A stretch of 62,479 bases of DNA, filler included, from Globobulimina sp. (lineage: Eukaryota), in assembly GCA_003354225.1 (NCBI GenBank). It is 23 parts of 23 records of this genome, joined end to end, with 100 filler letters (N's around TTAATTAATTAA, not from the genome) between each part and the next. Parts side by side here need not be neighbours in the genome. Positions count along the whole stretch, not along the records: positions 57,142 to 59,760 come from PIVH01005690.1; positions 59,861 to 62,479 come from PIVH01005691.1; 21 more parts are not named here. One strand, written 5' to 3'. Position 1 is the stretch's first letter; every line of letters starts with the position of its first letter. The notes below the pieces were generated by a model. The model saw nothing but the letters and a program-made list of their open reading frames with translations. It made no database searches and was not told where the DNA came from. This document shows, piece by piece, positions 59,626 to 62,479 of this stretch. The translations under genes and the position numbers were made by a program.

Positions 59626-59760
59626 TTAAAATACATAATTATCCACAGGAGAACTGTCACCATCATTATTCTCAAAATTACCATTTATCAAATATAGCAA
59701 TAATGCTTTCTGAGCATGCAACCTATTCTCAGCTTGATCAAATACCACACTTTGTGCTCC
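59626..59760 (-). CDS. OTC: Ornithine carbamoyltransferase, 3' end
   Basis: GAQSVVFDQAENRLHAQKALL matches the OTC C-terminal signature. Not in the supplied ORF track. Confidence 0.85.
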   Translation of the reverse strand, partial: GAQSVVFDQAENRLHAQKALLLYLINGNFENNDGDSSPVDNYVF

Positions 59761-60268
59761 NNNNNNNNNNNNNNNNNNNNNNNNNNNNNNNNNNNNNNNN
59801 NNNNTTAATTAATTAANNNNNNNNNNNNNNNNNNNNNNNNNNNNNNNNNNNNNNNNNNNNGTTCGAGTGCATGTAACCGTGGCAACCGACAAAAGAAATA
59901 TAGAAACAGTGTTTGTTGATGTTGTCTGTGGCATAATGCGAAGAAATTTGGTTGAAACCAAGTATATGTCATTCTAATTTATAAATTTATATTTTGTAAA
60001 TACAAAATATGGTAAATACGCTGTTTTATATATGTTACCTGTCTTTTTGTTGTTGTTTGTCACTTTGTCATGTTGTTTTTTATTCTGTATACTATTTATT
60101 ATTGTTTTTTAGTATAATATAGTTATATTTTTCATCCCGACATGATTTATTATCACGTGATCAGGATCGTCATCTCTTGGATGACAGCCAAGATTCATAT
60201 TAATGCAACAAGAGTTACAAGGCCGTGTTTTTATTTTTTTTAATTTAAGTCTGTTACATGTCACCAAC

Positions 60269-61534
60269 ATGTGTTCATTACTACTCATATTTATCTACAT
60301 CTCGTTGATTTACGCAGAATTAATATTGTATGATGGTACAACATGGCGTGATGATTTCTCATATGACCCCTTAGGAGAAACAGGATGGAAAATCCAACAA
60401 ATCTCTGGCTATTCTCTACCAACAACCAATCCAATGGTTATTATCTCAAACGAGCCAAAATATCATGGTCCATTCCCGTCGAGTTATTTGATGGAACGAT
60501 ATCTAACATGTAACACAAAACACAATACTCGCTTATTTATCTCATTCCTAACATCATATTGTAATACAGATAAAAAAAACGACAACTTATTGTTCACAAT
60601 AACCGACACCACAAATACTTCAATCCTGCCAATATTCGCCCAAAATAAGCTAAATAATAAAAATAAATTATTAAAAGAAAGTGATTTAGCATTTATCCGC
60701 AATGCGACAACTAATTATTATGCCAACCATTCACCAAATATGTCCTACGCACAATGCACATGTTGCAGTACACGCGAATGGTATACGTCTAATATATATA
60801 ACACGTATCAATTAACCATCATTGGTGCGAATAAACATAAAATCATAATCAATATATTAACCTCAGACGACAGGGACGAATATGTTGTAATCTCTGATAT
60901 TGCCATGTTATGCATACAAATACCAATGGCAACGCATACAAATACAAGATATGCAACGGAAACAGGCACAGAAACACATACAACAAACCCAGCAATAAGT
61001 TCATCGGAAATAATAGATCGGGAACACGATGGAATAGTAAGTACCACCAATAGCACTGTCATGGTTGAGGTGAATTTGGGGGTAATAAATGGGATGAAAC
61101 CAATGGATATTTTATGGTATATGCTGTGTATATTATTCATGATAATATGTTGTGGTTTGGGTGTATTTATAGCTTGTTTTGTGTCCATAAAAAAGCAATT
61201 GAATGGATTGCAATCAGTGAATGGAGTGAAAGCAAAGGATGATAAGGGTTATAATGACAAAGTTGTAGCCTTTATGATGAATGTAATTCGGACGGATTTG
61301 GATGATGAATGTAATAGCAATTCAGAGATGGAATTAATACGACCGCATACAGGCAATATTAACAGTAATGCTGTGAGTGTCGAAGAGGGGAATCCTGATT
61401 ATTGTGAGGATAAAATAGATAATCAAGAGAGGGACATGAAGTTGAATGACGATGCTTGTTCTTGTTCTGATATTGGTTCAGAACATTCGCCATTGCAGAT
61501 AATAAACGATGTCTTTGTTTCTCAGACAAAGTAA
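60269..61534 (+). CDS. Type-I single-pass membrane protein of unknown function
   Basis: Signal peptide MCSLLLIFIYISLIYA, an ectodomain with YHGPF, a Thr-rich stalk, a TM helix and an acidic tail. Confidence 0.65.
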   Translation: MCSLLLIFIYISLIYAELILYDGTTWRDDFSYDPLGETGWKIQQISGYSLPTTNPMVIISNEPKYHGPFPSSYLMERYLTCNTKHNTRLFISFLTSYCNTDKKNDNLLFTITDTTNTSILPIFAQNKLNNKNKLLKESDLAFIRNATTNYYANHSPNMSYAQCTCCSTREWYTSNIYNTYQLTIIGANKHKIIINILTSDDRDEYVVISDIAMLCIQIPMATHTNTRYATETGTETHTTNPAISSSEIIDREHDGIVSTTNSTVMVEVNLGVINGMKPMDILWYMLCILFMIICCGLGVFIACFVSIKKQLNGLQSVNGVKAKDDKGYNDKVVAFMMNVIRTDLDDECNSNSEMELIRPHTGNINSNAVSVEEGNPDYCEDKIDNQERDMKLNDDACSCSDIGSEHSPLQIINDVFVSQTK

Positions 61535-62069
61535 TTACTCCGTTTCAAAAATATATATATATTCTTTTTTTTTAGTATTTTTTGATAATGTGCGTCTACT
61601 GTTGTTTTTTATTATTTTTTTTCTGGTTTATTTTATATTATTTTTTTTCTGTCATTATCTACAAAACAAATTCCGTAAACTTGCACCAATTTAACGTCAG
61701 TATAGCATTGTTATCAATTGCAAATTCATATTGTGTTTAAATATAAACATTCAGTGAGTTGCCATGTTGTCATGTGACCACTCTAATATACACTAAAGAT
61801 CAACGGTCAATGTAACAACCGGTAATGGTGTCATTCACTTCACTTATCTTAGTGTTAATAGCTGGTATCATTTACATATAACTATCTCTCTTTTTTGTTT
61901 ACCACAAACTCACAAATAATAACAAGGCTCATGCAGCCACGATTTGCTTTTCTTTGATGAATTTGAGTTTGATTTCGATTTAAAAAACCAAGATGAATGG
62001 GACCATTACAACACAAACGGCAACGATGATTATATATCTTCCATAGCAAAAGACACAAATAAAAAGTAT

Positions 62070-62479
62070 ATGGATAAAGTGTATGATAAGGAACAAATAT
62101 TAAACAAAGACAAAAATCTATTTTCCAAATTAAATTATGCCGCCTCGTGCAGTGAAACAATGCCATTAATCCTTAAACAATTATGTGTGCATTGGAAATA
62201 CGATCAAGGCTTCAAATATAATTTCAAAACGCATCCAAATGCTGCGGCAACAATGCAAGACACAAATTGGTATTACAATGGTGACCAAAAGGAACATGAT
62301 ATAATATCCGATGCAAAAACAGCTAATAAATATTATTCATTATTGGCTGGAAATAATGCTATGCGGTACATCGGCGATGACAGCAATTGGAATGAAATAA
62401 ATTATGCAAATTCATTGTCTTCGTTGACATTGAATAATGATGAAAGTGAGCATGATTATTTTGAGAATTTTGGAAAACG
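62070..62479 (+). CDS. Hypothetical protein; partial
   Basis: Open frame MDKVYDKEQ...DYFENFGK running off the end of the window. Confidence 0.35.
   Translation, partial: MDKVYDKEQILNKDKNLFSKLNYAASCSETMPLILKQLCVHWKYDQGFKYNFKTHPNAAATMQDTNWYYNGDQKEHDIISDAKTANKYYSLLAGNNAMRYIGDDSNWNEINYANSLSSLTLNNDESEHDYFENFGK

Overview
This window is not contiguous DNA. It is 23 short contigs (2623 down to 2619 bp, sorted by decreasing length) joined by 22 identical 100-bp artificial linkers (44 N + TTAATTAATTAA + 44 N), so adjacency across linkers has no biological meaning. Most contigs are AT-rich, gene-dense eukaryotic DNA with short GT-AG introns (about 35-270 nt). They are rich in orphan 7TM proteins, Cys-rich/PT-repeat surface proteins and signalling genes, which fits a protist, probably a foraminiferan/rhizarian amplified single-cell assembly (inference). 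One contig is a chimera of a gammaproteobacterial rpoE-rseA-rseB fragment and a eukaryotic PGM3 gene. Two contigs hold non-LTR retrotransposons. The best novelty candidate is in contig 1: splicing canonical introns fuses an Amt/Mep ammonium transporter in frame to a cytoplasmic RGS domain, a putative ammonium transceptor coupled to heterotrimeric G-protein signalling. Other highlights are a Ras with a KHA/ubiquitin-like N-terminal extension lying head-to-head (83 bp) with a RasGAP, a 7TM-RGS protein, an apparently expanded orphan 7TM family, an ILEI-PHD-Cys-repeat protein, and a hairpin/repeat-rich contig around a cupin ORF. All calls come from manual motif reading; no database searches were run.
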